Under the pieces are notes generated by a model. The model searched no databases, had not been told where the DNA came from, and saw nothing but the letters and a program-made list of their open reading frames with translations. A DNA stretch of 60,088 nt, counting the filler, from an uncultured Thermoplasmatales archaeon (GTDB taxonomy: Archaea > Thermoplasmatota > E2 > DHVEG-1), in assembly GCA_964517155.1 (NCBI GenBank). It is 4 parts of 4 records of this genome, joined end to end, with 100 filler letters (N's around TTAATTAATTAA, not from the genome) between each part and the next. Parts side by side here need not be neighbours in the genome. Positions count along the whole stretch, not along the records: positions 21,658 to 50,929 come from CAZFAZ010000086.1; 3 more parts are not named here. One strand, written 5' to 3'. Every line of letters begins with the position of its first letter. The first letter of the stretch is position 1. Shown in pieces: positions 28,274 to 37,666 of this stretch. Both the position numbers and the translations under genes were made by a program.

Positions 28274-28696
28274 CTGGAAAAATACGTAAAACTACTAAAA
28301 GAAAAAAACCTCAAAATAACACCACAGAGGATACTTATTCTAAAATATCTTGATACTCACCGCGTGCATCCTACCGCAGATGAAATATATACATCCCTGA
28401 AAAAAAGCATCCCATCCCTCTCAAAAACAACTGTATATAATTCATTGGATGTTTTAAAAAAATATGGGCTCATACAAGCCCTAACCATCTGTGGATCAGA
28501 ATATAGATACGATTTCATACGTGACATGCATCATCACTTTCTATGCAAAAAATGCGGTAAAATAATAGATATAGACATAAAATGTCCAAACATAGAAAAA
28601 ATTCTAAAGCAAGGATACAAAATTGATGAAGTACATGGCTACTTCAAAGGAACCTGTAAAGAATGCTTAAAAAAGGAAAAGGAAAAAAATGGATAA
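28274..28696 (+). CDS. Fur family transcriptional regulator (PerR-like); probable CTG start
   Basis: Frame extends 30 codons upstream of the ORF track: (M)[25 protein letters not shown]...[36 protein letters not shown] before CTG 28274. Confidence 0.88.
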   Translation: MEKYVKLLKEKNLKITPQRILILKYLDTHRVHPTADEIYTSLKKSIPSLSKTTVYNSLDVLKKYGLIQALTICGSEYRYDFIRDMHHHFLCKKCGKIIDIDIKCPNIEKILKQGYKIDEVHGYFKGTCKECLKKEKEKNG

Positions 28697-29393
28697 AAAA
28701 GCGCTTCACAAAATATCATACGGGTTATACGTGGTCTGCTCAAAAAACAATGAAAAAATAAACGGGCAAGTAGCAAATGCTATATTTCAAGTAACAGCAG
28801 AACCACCAACAATTGCAGTAAGCATAAATAAACTAAATTGCACACATGAATACATAACAAAAAGCAAATTTTTTACAATATCCGTTTTATCAGAAGAGAC
28901 ACCAATGAAATTCATAGGGACATTTGGCTTTAAATGCGGAAGAGACATAGATAAATTTGAAGGCGTAAAATACAAACTAGGCAAAACAAAAACACCTATA
29001 ATTACAGATTATAGCGTTGCTGCAATAGAGGCAAAAGTAATAAATAAAATCGATGTAGGAACCCATACAATATTTATTGGTGAGATAATAGATTCAGAAA
29101 TTCTATCTGATAAAACACCTATGACATATGAATATTACCACAAAGTTAAAGGCGGTTTTTCACCAAAAACCGCACCTACTTATTTTAAAGAAATGGATAA
29201 AGCAAAAAAAGAAAAAAAGGAGGAAAAAAACATGGATAAATATGTATGTGACGTATGTGGATATGTATACAACCCTGAAGAAGGCGACCCTGATAATGGA
29301 GTAGATGCTGGGACAGCATTTGAAGACTTACCAGATGACTGGGTATGTCCACTTTGCGGAGCACCAAAATCAGAGTTTAGTAAACAGGAGTGA
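28689..29393 (+). CDS. flavin reductase-rubredoxin fusion (high-molecular-weight rubredoxin, Hrb-like)
   Basis: [17 protein letters not shown], then [38 protein letters not shown]. Confidence 0.88.
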   Translation: MDKKALHKISYGLYVVCSKNNEKINGQVANAIFQVTAEPPTIAVSINKLNCTHEYITKSKFFTISVLSEETPMKFIGTFGFKCGRDIDKFEGVKYKLGKTKTPIITDYSVAAIEAKVINKIDVGTHTIFIGEIIDSEILSDKTPMTYEYYHKVKGGFSPKTAPTYFKEMDKAKKEKKEEKNMDKYVCDVCGYVYNPEEGDPDNGVDAGTAFEDLPDDWVCPLCGAPKSEFSKQE

Positions 29394-29401
29394 AACAAGT
29401 T

Positions 29402-30580
29402 TTGAAAAAACAAAAGATTAAAGAAGATATTTACTGGGTTGGAGCAATCGATTGGGATATACGAAACTTTCATGGATATTCGACTCTGCGTGGAACAACA
29501 TATAACGCTTATCTGATAAAAGATAAAAAAATAACACTAGTTGATACGGTAAAACATTACAAATTTGATGAGATGCTTGCAAGAATAAAAGAGATAGTTG
29601 CCCCTGAGAAAATAGATTACATAGTATCAAATCATGTTGAAATGGATCACTCAGGAAGCCTGCCAAAACTCTTGGAAATCTGTCCTAACGCACAAATAAT
29701 AACCTCAACAAAAGGGGAAAAAGGACTCAAGAGGCACTATAAAAAGGATTACAACTTTAAAGTTGTAAACTCAGGTGAAACATTAAATATCGGGAGAAAA
29801 ACGCTTCATTTCGTGCATATACCAATGGTTCACTGGCCTGATTCAATGGTTACATATATCCCAAGTGATAAACTACTTTTGCCAAATGATGCCTTTGGAC
29901 AACATATAGCAAGCTCAGAGAGATTTGATGATGAGTTGAAATGGGGTATTCTCCAGGAAGAAGCAGCGAAATACTATGCAAATATAGTGATGCCCTATGG
30001 TGACCAAGTAAAAAAAGCACTTGAGATATTATCTAATCTAGATATCAATATGATTGCACCATCACATGGCCTTATCTGGAGAAAAAACATATCTTTGATA
30101 TTAAAAGAATACAAAAAATGGGCAAGTTTTCAAACAGATAAAAAAGCATTAATTGTCTATGATTCAATGTGGGGCTCCACTGAAAAAATGGCATATAAAT
30201 TATTGGAAGGATTAGAGGAATCCGGGGTTTCTGTTGCAATTAGAAACCTAAAAAACACAGATATATCTGATATAATCACTGATGTTTTAACTTCAAAGTT
30301 GATATGCCTTGGTTCACCAACATTAAACAATGGTATGATGCCAACCATGGGCAAATTTTTGACATACATCAAAGGTTTAAAACCCAGAAACAAAATAGGT
30401 TTTGTATTTGGCTCATATGGCTGGGGGGGCCAAGCTGTAGGGGAGATTAAAAAAACGATGGAACCACTATCTTGGGAGTATCCTGAGGATAGTGTAAATA
30501 TAAATTATATTCCAGATGAAAAAGATCTGGAAAGTATTAAAAAAATTGGAAAAAAAATTGGAGAGATAATTAAAAAATAG
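29402..30580 (+). CDS. fprA: flavodiiron protein (FprA/rubredoxin:oxygen oxidoreductase)
   Basis: GTTYNAYLI, NHVEMDHSG, HWPD, DAFGQH, PSHG, flavodoxin YDSMWGST, GSYGWGG; start TTG 29402 or GTG 29390. Confidence 0.92.
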   Translation: MKKQKIKEDIYWVGAIDWDIRNFHGYSTLRGTTYNAYLIKDKKITLVDTVKHYKFDEMLARIKEIVAPEKIDYIVSNHVEMDHSGSLPKLLEICPNAQIITSTKGEKGLKRHYKKDYNFKVVNSGETLNIGRKTLHFVHIPMVHWPDSMVTYIPSDKLLLPNDAFGQHIASSERFDDELKWGILQEEAAKYYANIVMPYGDQVKKALEILSNLDINMIAPSHGLIWRKNISLILKEYKKWASFQTDKKALIVYDSMWGSTEKMAYKLLEGLEESGVSVAIRNLKNTDISDIITDVLTSKLICLGSPTLNNGMMPTMGKFLTYIKGLKPRNKIGFVFGSYGWGGQAVGEIKKTMEPLSWEYPEDSVNINYIPDEKDLESIKKIGKKIGEIIKK

Positions 30581-30592
30581 GGAGGAAAAAAT

Positions 30593-30895
30593 ATGCTTTC
30601 AAAAATACCAATTGATTTAAAAAAAATAGATGCAGAAAACATAGATAGAGAAGTGATTAGAGCAGCACTTATTGCGGAGCTAGATGCCATAAGTCTATAT
30701 GAAGAAATGGCGGCTCTTGCAAAAGATGAAATTATAAAAAAAGTTCTTCTCGATGTTGCAAAAGAAGAAAAAGAGCATGTCGGAGAATTCCAGACTCTTC
30801 TTTTAATGTTTGATACAGAGCAAGTAGAAGAACTAAAAGAAGGAAAAGAGGAAGTAGAAGAATTAATGGAGGGAATAAAGAAATGGAAGAAATGA
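30593..30895 (+). CDS. short ferritin-like protein (encapsulated-ferritin/Flp-like)
   Basis: [18 protein letters not shown]...[20 protein letters not shown] signature. Confidence 0.8.
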   Translation: MLSKIPIDLKKIDAENIDREVIRAALIAELDAISLYEEMAALAKDEIIKKVLLDVAKEEKEHVGEFQTLLLMFDTEQVEELKEGKEEVEELMEGIKKWKK

Positions 30896-31524
30896 GAATG
30901 CCTTTAATAGGTGACAAATTCCCAGAGATGCAAGTGCAGACCACTCATGGAATGAAAAAATTACCAGATGAATTCAAAGGAAAATGGTTCATACTCTTTA
31001 GCCATCCTGCTGATTTTACACCAGTATGTACTACAGAGTTTGTAGCATTTCAGAAAAGATACAAAGAATTTAAAAAACTAAATACAGAACTCATTGGCCT
31101 TAGTGTCGACCAAGTTTTTTCTCACATCAAATGGGAAGAATGGATTAAAGAAAAACTCAAAATTGAGATTGAATTCTCAATAATTGCAGACACTGGTAAA
31201 GTTGCAAGCATACTAGGTCTCATTCATCCTAGTAAGGGTAGTAGTACGGTTAGAGCTGTATTTATGGTAGATCCAAAGGGAATCATCCGTGCAATTCTTT
31301 ATTACCCACAGGAACTAGGCCGTAATATGGATGAATTTTTGCGAATGATTAAAGGTTTCCAAGTTGCAGAAAAAAACGGTGTAGCAATACCCGCGAATTG
31401 GCCAAAAAATGAACTTATAAAAGATCGAGTGATAATACCACCTGCAACAGATGTAAATACTGCTAAAAAAAGACTTAAAGAATACGATTGTTATGATTGG
31501 TGGTTCTGTCATAAAAAATTATAA
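30883..31524 (+). CDS. peroxiredoxin (Prx6/archaeal TSA type)
   Basis: [23 protein letters not shown]-terminal CYDWWFC. Confidence 0.93.
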   Translation: MEEMRMPLIGDKFPEMQVQTTHGMKKLPDEFKGKWFILFSHPADFTPVCTTEFVAFQKRYKEFKKLNTELIGLSVDQVFSHIKWEEWIKEKLKIEIEFSIIADTGKVASILGLIHPSKGSSTVRAVFMVDPKGIIRAILYYPQELGRNMDEFLRMIKGFQVAEKNGVAIPANWPKNELIKDRVIIPPATDVNTAKKRLKEYDCYDWWFCHKKL

Positions 31525-31547
31525 AAACGATGTTAGGAGATGAAAAA

Positions 31548-32084
31548 ATGGCTAAAGTAAAAGTATTTAGATGTAGAATATGTGGGGATCCATATATTGG
31601 TCTGGAGGCGCCAACAAGATGTCCATTTTGTGGTGCAGAGCAGCGATTCTTTGTGGAAGCACAGGAATGGAATCCAGATGAATTTAATGTAAAACTAAGC
31701 AAAGTCTCCCATGAAAACCTTCAAGCAGCACTTAAACTTGAACTAGGAAACGCAGCATTTTATGAATGTGCAAAAAACGCTGCTGAAAAAGAAGAAGATC
31801 ATTATAGTTTTGCAAAGTTTAAAACCCTTATGAAAGTAGAAAAAGAACATGCTTCAGCTATTTCAAAATTTCTTAAGATTTCTACACCGGATCTGCAGAA
31901 GCAAGCATGTGATGCCAAAGCAAATGTAAATACAAAAGAAGGTTTTGAGCGAGAAGATAAAGCAATAAAATCTTATGCAAAATTCAGAGATGAAACTGTA
32001 GAGCCAAGATTAAAAGAGTTTTTTGCTGCACTAGTTGAAATTGAAACAGATCATCTAGATTTGCATAAAGAAAATCTAAAATAA
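31548..32084 (+). CDS. reverse rubrerythrin-like protein (rubredoxin-like knuckle + ferritin-like domain)
   Basis: CRICG...P.RCPFCGA followed by E..N..FY, EKEH, E...Y, ETDH. Confidence 0.8.
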   Translation: MAKVKVFRCRICGDPYIGLEAPTRCPFCGAEQRFFVEAQEWNPDEFNVKLSKVSHENLQAALKLELGNAAFYECAKNAAEKEEDHYSFAKFKTLMKVEKEHASAISKFLKISTPDLQKQACDAKANVNTKEGFEREDKAIKSYAKFRDETVEPRLKEFFAALVEIETDHLDLHKENLK

Positions 32085-32096
32085 AGGAGATAAAAA

Positions 32097-32501
32097 ATGA
32101 TTGGAAAAATGAGTGAAAAAGAATTGGAAGCAGTTCTTGAGACAGTACCTATCGAGTTTTCAGTACTTGATAAAGATGATAAAGTTTTGGCCTGGAATAA
32201 ACACGAAACAAGAATATTTAAAAGACCAGCAGGAGTAGTTGGAAGAGATGTTAGAAAATGTCATCCTCCGAAAAGTCTTTCAAAGGTGGAGCAGATATTA
32301 TCTGAGATGAAACAAGGTAAAAGGGATACGGCACAGTTTTATATAGATCTTCCAATAGGTAAAAATCAGGAGAAAAACAAGGTTTTGATTCAGTATCTTG
32401 CCTTGCGTGATGAAGATAAAAATTATTTAGGCTGTCTGGAGGCGAGTCAAAATATTACACTAATTCAAAACATTAAAGGAGAAAAAAGATTATTAGACTA
32501 A
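32097..32501 (+). CDS. stand-alone PAS domain protein (PAS_10/DUF438-associated type)
   Basis: LETVPIEFSVLDKDD.V..WN..RIFKR...VGRDVRKCHPPKS..KV..I, Y.ALRDE..YLGCLE. Confidence 0.82.
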   Translation: MIGKMSEKELEAVLETVPIEFSVLDKDDKVLAWNKHETRIFKRPAGVVGRDVRKCHPPKSLSKVEQILSEMKQGKRDTAQFYIDLPIGKNQEKNKVLIQYLALRDEDKNYLGCLEASQNITLIQNIKGEKRLLD

Positions 32502-32521
32502 AATAAAGGGGGAAGAATTTA

Positions 32522-33097
32522 ATGAAAAGTTTGAAAGGAACAAAAACCGAGAAAAACTTACTTGCAGCGTTTGCAGGTGAGTCTCAGGCTAGAAATCGTT
32601 ACACGTTTTTTGCAAGTAAAGCAAAAAAAGAAGGATATGAGCAAATTGCAGCAATTTTTCAGGAAACAGCTGATAATGAAAAAGAACATGCAGAAATATT
32701 CTTCAAACATCTTCAGGGGGGAATGGTAGAAATACAAGCAAGTTACCCTGCCGGCGTAATTGGTAATACTGAAGAAAATCTTTTTGCAGCTGCTGAAGGT
32801 GAAAAGGAAGAATGGGGAATACTATATCCCAATTTTGCAAAGACTGCAGAAGAGGAAGGATTTCCAAAGGTTGCGGAAAGTTTTACAGAAATTGCAGAAG
32901 TAGAAGAGCATCATGAGAAAAGATATAGAAAACTACGTGAAAATATTAAAAGAGGACGTGTGTTTAAACGTGATAAACCTGTGAAATGGAAATGTCGAAA
33001 CTGCGGTTATGTTCATGAAGGAACTGAAGCACCAAAGCTTTGTCCTGCTTGTAAGCATCCACAGAGTTATTATGAAATTTTAACTGAAGCCTATTAA
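32522..33097 (+). CDS. rbr: rubrerythrin
   Basis: [21 protein letters not shown]...[14 protein letters not shown]...CPAC.HP. Confidence 0.95.
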   Translation: MKSLKGTKTEKNLLAAFAGESQARNRYTFFASKAKKEGYEQIAAIFQETADNEKEHAEIFFKHLQGGMVEIQASYPAGVIGNTEENLFAAAEGEKEEWGILYPNFAKTAEEEGFPKVAESFTEIAEVEEHHEKRYRKLRENIKRGRVFKRDKPVKWKCRNCGYVHEGTEAPKLCPACKHPQSYYEILTEAY

Positions 33098-33117
33098 AAA
33101 ATTTGGAGGTAAAAAAT

Positions 33118-33495
33118 ATGGCAGAATTTAAAGGAATATATAAATGTGAAATATGTGGCAATATCGTAGAAGTTTTGCATGAAGGAATAGGTGCACTTGT
33201 ATGCTGTGGTGAAGAAATGAAGCTTATGGATGAAAAAACACAGGATTCAAGCAAAGAAAAACATGTTCCCTACATTGAAAAAACAAGTGATGGAATAATT
33301 GTAAAAGTCGGACAAAACCAGGATCATCCGATGGAGGAGAAGCATTATATCGAATGGATCCAGCTTATTGCTGACGGTAAATCATATAGACAATTTTTAA
33401 AACCTGGTGATAAACCACAAGCAAAGTTTTTAATCAAAGCTGATAAAGTTACTGCACGTGAATATTGCAACATTCATGGTCTATGGAAAAATTAA
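33118..33495 (+). CDS. dfx: desulfoferrodoxin (2Fe superoxide reductase)
   Basis: YKCEICGN...[29 protein letters not shown]. Confidence 0.94.
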   Translation: MAEFKGIYKCEICGNIVEVLHEGIGALVCCGEEMKLMDEKTQDSSKEKHVPYIEKTSDGIIVKVGQNQDHPMEEKHYIEWIQLIADGKSYRQFLKPGDKPQAKFLIKADKVTAREYCNIHGLWKN

Positions 33496-33523
33496 ATTTT
33501 TTTTTAATTTTTTTTAGGATGAT

Positions 33524-34102
33524 ATGAATGTAAAAGATGCAATTAAAAATCGTAGAGCATATCGTTCTTTAGAGGCAGTTAAGATTAGAAAAAACTTTAT
33601 TGAGGACATGGCAAGTTGCGCTCAGATTACAGCATCTTGTTTTAATAACCAGCCTTGGCAGTATGTTTTTGTTTATGAGAAAGAAACTCTTGAGAAGATG
33701 TATGAAGCACTTTCTTCGGGAAACGAGTGGGCAAAAAATGCTTCTTTGATAATTGCAGTTCTCGGGAGAAAAGAAGATGATTGTGTAATTCATGATAGAA
33801 TTTATTATCAGTTTGATATAGGTATGGCAACATGTGCGATGATTCTTCGTGCAACAGAACTAGGTTTAGTTGCTCATCCTATTGCAGGATATAGTCCTAA
33901 AAAAACCCGTGAGATTCTCGGTATTCCTGATAATATTGATGTAATCACGCTTGTAATTGTTGGTAAACAATCTGATAAAATTAATCCAAATCTAAGTGAT
34001 AAACAAATTGAGGCAGAAAAACAAAGGCCTGAAAGAAAAAAAATAAAAGATTTTGTTTTCTATAATAATTATAAATTTAAAGAAAAAACTAATGAAAAAT
34101 AG
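33524..34102 (+). CDS. nitroreductase family protein
   Basis: IKNRRAYR, SCFNNQPW, DIGMA...ILRATELGL. Confidence 0.88.
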   Translation: MNVKDAIKNRRAYRSLEAVKIRKNFIEDMASCAQITASCFNNQPWQYVFVYEKETLEKMYEALSSGNEWAKNASLIIAVLGRKEDDCVIHDRIYYQFDIGMATCAMILRATELGLVAHPIAGYSPKKTREILGIPDNIDVITLVIVGKQSDKINPNLSDKQIEAEKQRPERKKIKDFVFYNNYKFKEKTNEK

Positions 34103-34124
34103 ATGTAAAAAGAAAAATTATTAT

Positions 34125-34310
34125 TTATCCGGCTCTACCATCATCACAAGGCTCATCATCATTCATTAACCTTGCATTCTCTGCGTGAGCAGGCTGCATA
34201 CAAACATCCAAAGGAAGCTGTTTCATAGGTTTACCGCAACACTTGGGAATGGTTCCATCTTTGTTTTCAACTGTTTTCCCACAATCTTTACACTTAAATT
34301 TTTTTATCAT
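34125..34310 (-). CDS. small Cys-rich (CxxC...CC, desulforedoxin/Zn-ribbon-like) protein
   Basis: FKCKDCG...PKCCGKPM; SD AAGGGG. Confidence 0.7.
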   Translation of the reverse strand: MIKKFKCKDCGKTVENKDGTIPKCCGKPMKQLPLDVCMQPAHAENARLMNDDEPCDDGRAG

Positions 34311-34325
34311 AAATATCCCCTTTTA

Positions 34326-34766
34326 TCAGATAAGTTCATTAATTTTTGCAACAATATGTCTTTTTTCCTCATCAGAAAGGCCTTCTTCAAGTTTAGGATA
34401 AACTTTTTCTTCCTCAAATTTTCTATGTTTTACAAGAAACTCTTTAAAACTGTAGATATCTGTAATCATTTGTTTTCTTCTAACTTGTACTCTCCAGTTG
34501 TTAAGTGTATTTACAATATAATTATGTTGACTTGTAAGCTCAGGAAGCATTTTAAAACCATGATTTACATCATCTGGCTCATAATCTGTAAAAATTGCTT
34601 TTTCTTCAGTAAAAATATGTTTTTCAAGTTCCCATTCAAACTTTTCAAAAGCCTTTTTCATTGATTCAAAATCTTGTTTTGATTTTTCTTCAAGATCAGT
34701 TATAAGATTCTCTATTTTACAATGATCTTTAATCATTAAGGATAAAATATTTATTTCATCATTCAT
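34326..34766 (-). CDS. hemerythrin/HHE cation-binding domain protein
   Basis: DH, HIFTEE, QH and HRKFEEEKVYP motifs; start ATG 34766 after GGAGGT. Confidence 0.82.
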   Translation of the reverse strand: MNDEINILSLMIKDHCKIENLITDLEEKSKQDFESMKKAFEKFEWELEKHIFTEEKAIFTDYEPDDVNHGFKMLPELTSQHNYIVNTLNNWRVQVRRKQMITDIYSFKEFLVKHRKFEEEKVYPKLEEGLSDEEKRHIVAKINELI

Positions 34767-34886
34767 AACAGATGATACCTCCCGAAAAACCATATGTTTT
34801 CTTATCATTTATAATTTGCTTACAATATTTTTTATAAAACCATATTATATCCTATACATTATTTAAAAAAATTGTTTGTGAAAAAT

Positions 34887-35309
34887 ATGAATTTATCAGA
34901 TATAGATATCAGATTTGTAAAAGAATGGTCAGAAGATGAAATAGTAAAACTATACAAAGCAGGCGGCTGGTGGAAGGATAGTTATGACAAGAAAGGATTA
35001 TTATATCTGATAAAAAACAGTTTTTGTTTTACCGTAGTAATTGATAAAAAAACAAAAAAGACAATTGGGATGGGGCGTGTTATATCTGATGGTGTATCAG
35101 ATGCTTATATACAAGATTTAGTAATTTTACCAGAATACAGAAAAAAAGGTGTCGGCAAAAAACTTATTTGTGCATTAATCAATTATTGTAAATCTAAAAA
35201 TGTTAACTGGATTGCTCTTATATCTGAACCTGATCAGGAAGATTTCTATAAAAAGATAGGTTTTAAAGAAATGGAAAATTATACCCCTCTTAAATACGAG
35301 GAGAAATAA
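34887..35309 (+). CDS. GNAT family N-acetyltransferase
   Basis: IGMGRVISDG...YIQDLVILPEYRKKGVGK, FYKKIGF. Confidence 0.9.
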   Translation: MNLSDIDIRFVKEWSEDEIVKLYKAGGWWKDSYDKKGLLYLIKNSFCFTVVIDKKTKKTIGMGRVISDGVSDAYIQDLVILPEYRKKGVGKKLICALINYCKSKNVNWIALISEPDQEDFYKKIGFKEMENYTPLKYEEK

Positions 35310-36211
35310 TGCTTTTACTTACAGATTTTAAAAGATTATCCCTTGAAGATAAACCAGTTTTTGATAAAATTTATAAAAAATATCCGCCTGTTCATAGCGA
35401 TTATATTTTTACTACTCTTATAAGTTGGATTGATTATACAGATTATCATTATGCTATTTTGGATGAAAACATTATACTTTTTTCAAAAATTCAAGGTACT
35501 CTGCGTTTCAGACCGCCTATTGGTGAAAAGAAAAAAGATGTTTTTGATAAAGTATTAAACCTTGCAAAAGAGCAAGACTCCGGTTGTCCTTTTGGTATGA
35601 TTACTTCTGATGTGAAAGACTGGATGCAAAAAGAGTATCCTACTCTTAACTTTAAGGAGCATAGAGGTTTTTTTGATTATGTGTATCTTGCATCTGATCT
35701 AGCTGAGCTCTCTGGTTCAGATTACAGTAAAATACGAAATAGATTAAATAAGTTTAAGAAAACTTATGAGTATAGTGTTGAAAATATTTCAAAGAAAAAT
35801 TTTGAGCAGATAAAAGATTTTCTTAAGCGTTGGTGTCTCTGGAGGGATTGTGAATCTGATCCTCTGCTTGACAACGAGAGAAAAGCAATACTTTTTTCAA
35901 TGGATAATTTCTTTGAATTAGGTTTATCTGGTTTGGCGATTATAATTAATGATAAAATTGAGGCAATTTCTGTTTTTGAAAAATATAATTCTGATACAGC
36001 TGTTGTTCATTATGAAAAAGGATCTCCTGATTATGATGGGATTTATAAAGCAATTAATCAGGAAACAGCAAAAGTTTTACAAAAAAATGTTAAATTTATC
36101 AATCGTGAATCTGATATGAATATTTCTGGCTTAAGAAAGGCAAAGATGTCTTATAGACCTTGTTCTATGGTAAAAGTTTTTCACCTCTGCAAAGAGGATA
36201 TTGTCTTTTAG
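35309..36211 (+). CDS. DUF2156 (aminoacyl-phosphatidylglycerol synthase C-terminal-like) protein
   Basis: DYVY...LAELSG..Y...RN.LNKF, VHYEKG...Y.GIY.AINQ, INRESD....GLRKAKMSY.P. Confidence 0.85.
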   Translation: MLLLTDFKRLSLEDKPVFDKIYKKYPPVHSDYIFTTLISWIDYTDYHYAILDENIILFSKIQGTLRFRPPIGEKKKDVFDKVLNLAKEQDSGCPFGMITSDVKDWMQKEYPTLNFKEHRGFFDYVYLASDLAELSGSDYSKIRNRLNKFKKTYEYSVENISKKNFEQIKDFLKRWCLWRDCESDPLLDNERKAILFSMDNFFELGLSGLAIIINDKIEAISVFEKYNSDTAVVHYEKGSPDYDGIYKAINQETAKVLQKNVKFINRESDMNISGLRKAKMSYRPCSMVKVFHLCKEDIVF

Positions 36212-36220
36212 CCTCCCATT

Positions 36221-36553
36221 TTATTCGTCGCATCCCGGACAAAACAAATCAAAATCTGTACTTTTTCTTATTAATTTACATATCCTGCAGGTTTCTGATA
36301 TTATGTGTCCATTGCCGTTGTTTATTATGTTTTTTGCTGATAACTTTATTTCACCTAATATTTTTTCGTCAGATATATCTGCTCCACCTCGTTTTTTTGA
36401 TAGGTATTGGCATACTGCTGCAGGTGTTATTCCTAGTTTTTTTGCAGTTTCTTTTTGGTTTAATCCATAGTCGTTTATCATGCTTTCTGCTATTTCTTTT
36501 CTTATTACGGGCAGTCCATTCCACATCATGTATTCGCAGGTAGTTCTTTGCAT
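36221..36553 (-). CDS. archaeal XRE-type HTH regulator (COG2522-like) with Cys-rich C-terminus
   Basis: TCE....GLPVIRKEIA...GLNQKETAKKLGITPAAVCQYLSKKRG; CRIC...CPGC. Confidence 0.85.
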   Translation of the reverse strand: MQRTTCEYMMWNGLPVIRKEIAESMINDYGLNQKETAKKLGITPAAVCQYLSKKRGGADISDEKILGEIKLSAKNIINNGNGHIISETCRICKLIRKSTDFDLFCPGCDE

Positions 36554-36582
36554 GGCCTGTAATATTTTTTTCGGTACTTATA

Positions 36583-36720
36583 ATTAACGATTGTTTATTT
36601 TATTTTCACAGGAGAATTTTTTTGTATTTTTGAAAAACGATAATTTTGTTAACTTTGTTTCATATAAAAAAATTGCCTGCAGAAAGTTTAAATACTGTTG
36701 ATTCATTAACGATTGTTAAC
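36583..36720. promoter_or_regulatory. twin operators ATTAACGATTGTT(T/A)A and a + strand BRE-TATA
   Basis: Copies at 36583-36597 and 36705-36719; AGAAAG-TTTAAATA at 36681-36694. Confidence 0.6.
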
Positions 36721-36915
36721 TAAGGGTGATATGTTACAAAGGTGTCGTAAAACTTGTAACTAAGGGGTGATTAAGAACAATTCTAAATTAGATTAAATGA
36801 CTGAAGGGGTGCAAAAGTGGAGAACCCATCAACTTTTAATATCCCATCCTTTCCTCCTCAAATCAATTTTTTTATAACACCTCTCCACAAAAAACACCCC
36901 TCCAATCCCTTTTTA
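36720..36915 (+). ncRNA. candidate structured sRNA (or leader with a 10-codon uORF)
   Basis: Own TATA; hairpins GTTACAA..TTGTAAC and GGGGTG-CAAAAGTGG..CAACTTTT-AA-TATCCC; G-rich 5' and C-rich 3' tracts; no long ORF. Confidence 0.35.
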
Positions 36916-36962
36916 AACATAAATATAATTCCCAAACACAAAACCAATAATAAGCTGAAAAC

Positions 36963-37586
36963 ATGAAACAATTAATACAAAAAATAGAAGAACTTAAAAA
37001 AACAGAAATCAAAAATCAAATAGATACAAGAATACAAGAATTCAAAAATATTGATAAAAAATCAAATGATGAACTGTTCAAAGAACTATGCTTTTGTATA
37101 CTTACTGCAAACTATAATGCTGAAAAAAGCATTAAAATACAAAACAGCATTGGAGAGTGCTTCTTATCAGATTCAAAAGAAGAAATCTCAGAAAAACTCA
37201 AACAATACGGTTATCGTTTTCCAAATGCAAGAGCAGGATACATTCATGAATCAAAAAAATGTAAAGCTAAACTAACTGAAATAGTAAGTTTTCATGATAA
37301 AAAAGCATTAAGAGAATGGATAGTAAAAAATATAATCGGAATCGGTTACAAAGAATGTAGCCACTTTTTACGTAACATTGGCTTTGATGATTATGCAATA
37401 ATCGACTTTCACATAATAGACATACTTGTTGAAAACAATATAATACAAAGACCAAAAACACTTACAAAAAATAAATATCTGCAAATAGAAAATATACTAA
37501 GAAAAATTGCAGAAAAAACAAATCTTACTCTTGCAGAACTAGATTTATATTTATGGTACATGGAAACCGGTAAAATCCTAAAATAA
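36963..37586 (+). CDS. ogg: 8-oxoguanine DNA N-glycosylase/AP lyase
   Basis: ELCFCILTAN, GYRFPNARA, HhH GIGYKECSHFLRNIG, IIDFHI, LDLYLWYMETGKILK. Confidence 0.92.
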   Translation: MKQLIQKIEELKKTEIKNQIDTRIQEFKNIDKKSNDELFKELCFCILTANYNAEKSIKIQNSIGECFLSDSKEEISEKLKQYGYRFPNARAGYIHESKKCKAKLTEIVSFHDKKALREWIVKNIIGIGYKECSHFLRNIGFDDYAIIDFHIIDILVENNIIQRPKTLTKNKYLQIENILRKIAEKTNLTLAELDLYLWYMETGKILK

Positions 37587-37666
37587 AAATTTAATTCGTC
37601 ATTAGACGTAATTTTTTACCAAAGATTTTTAAAGAAAATCATAACTCCGGGATGTGGTGATTATCC

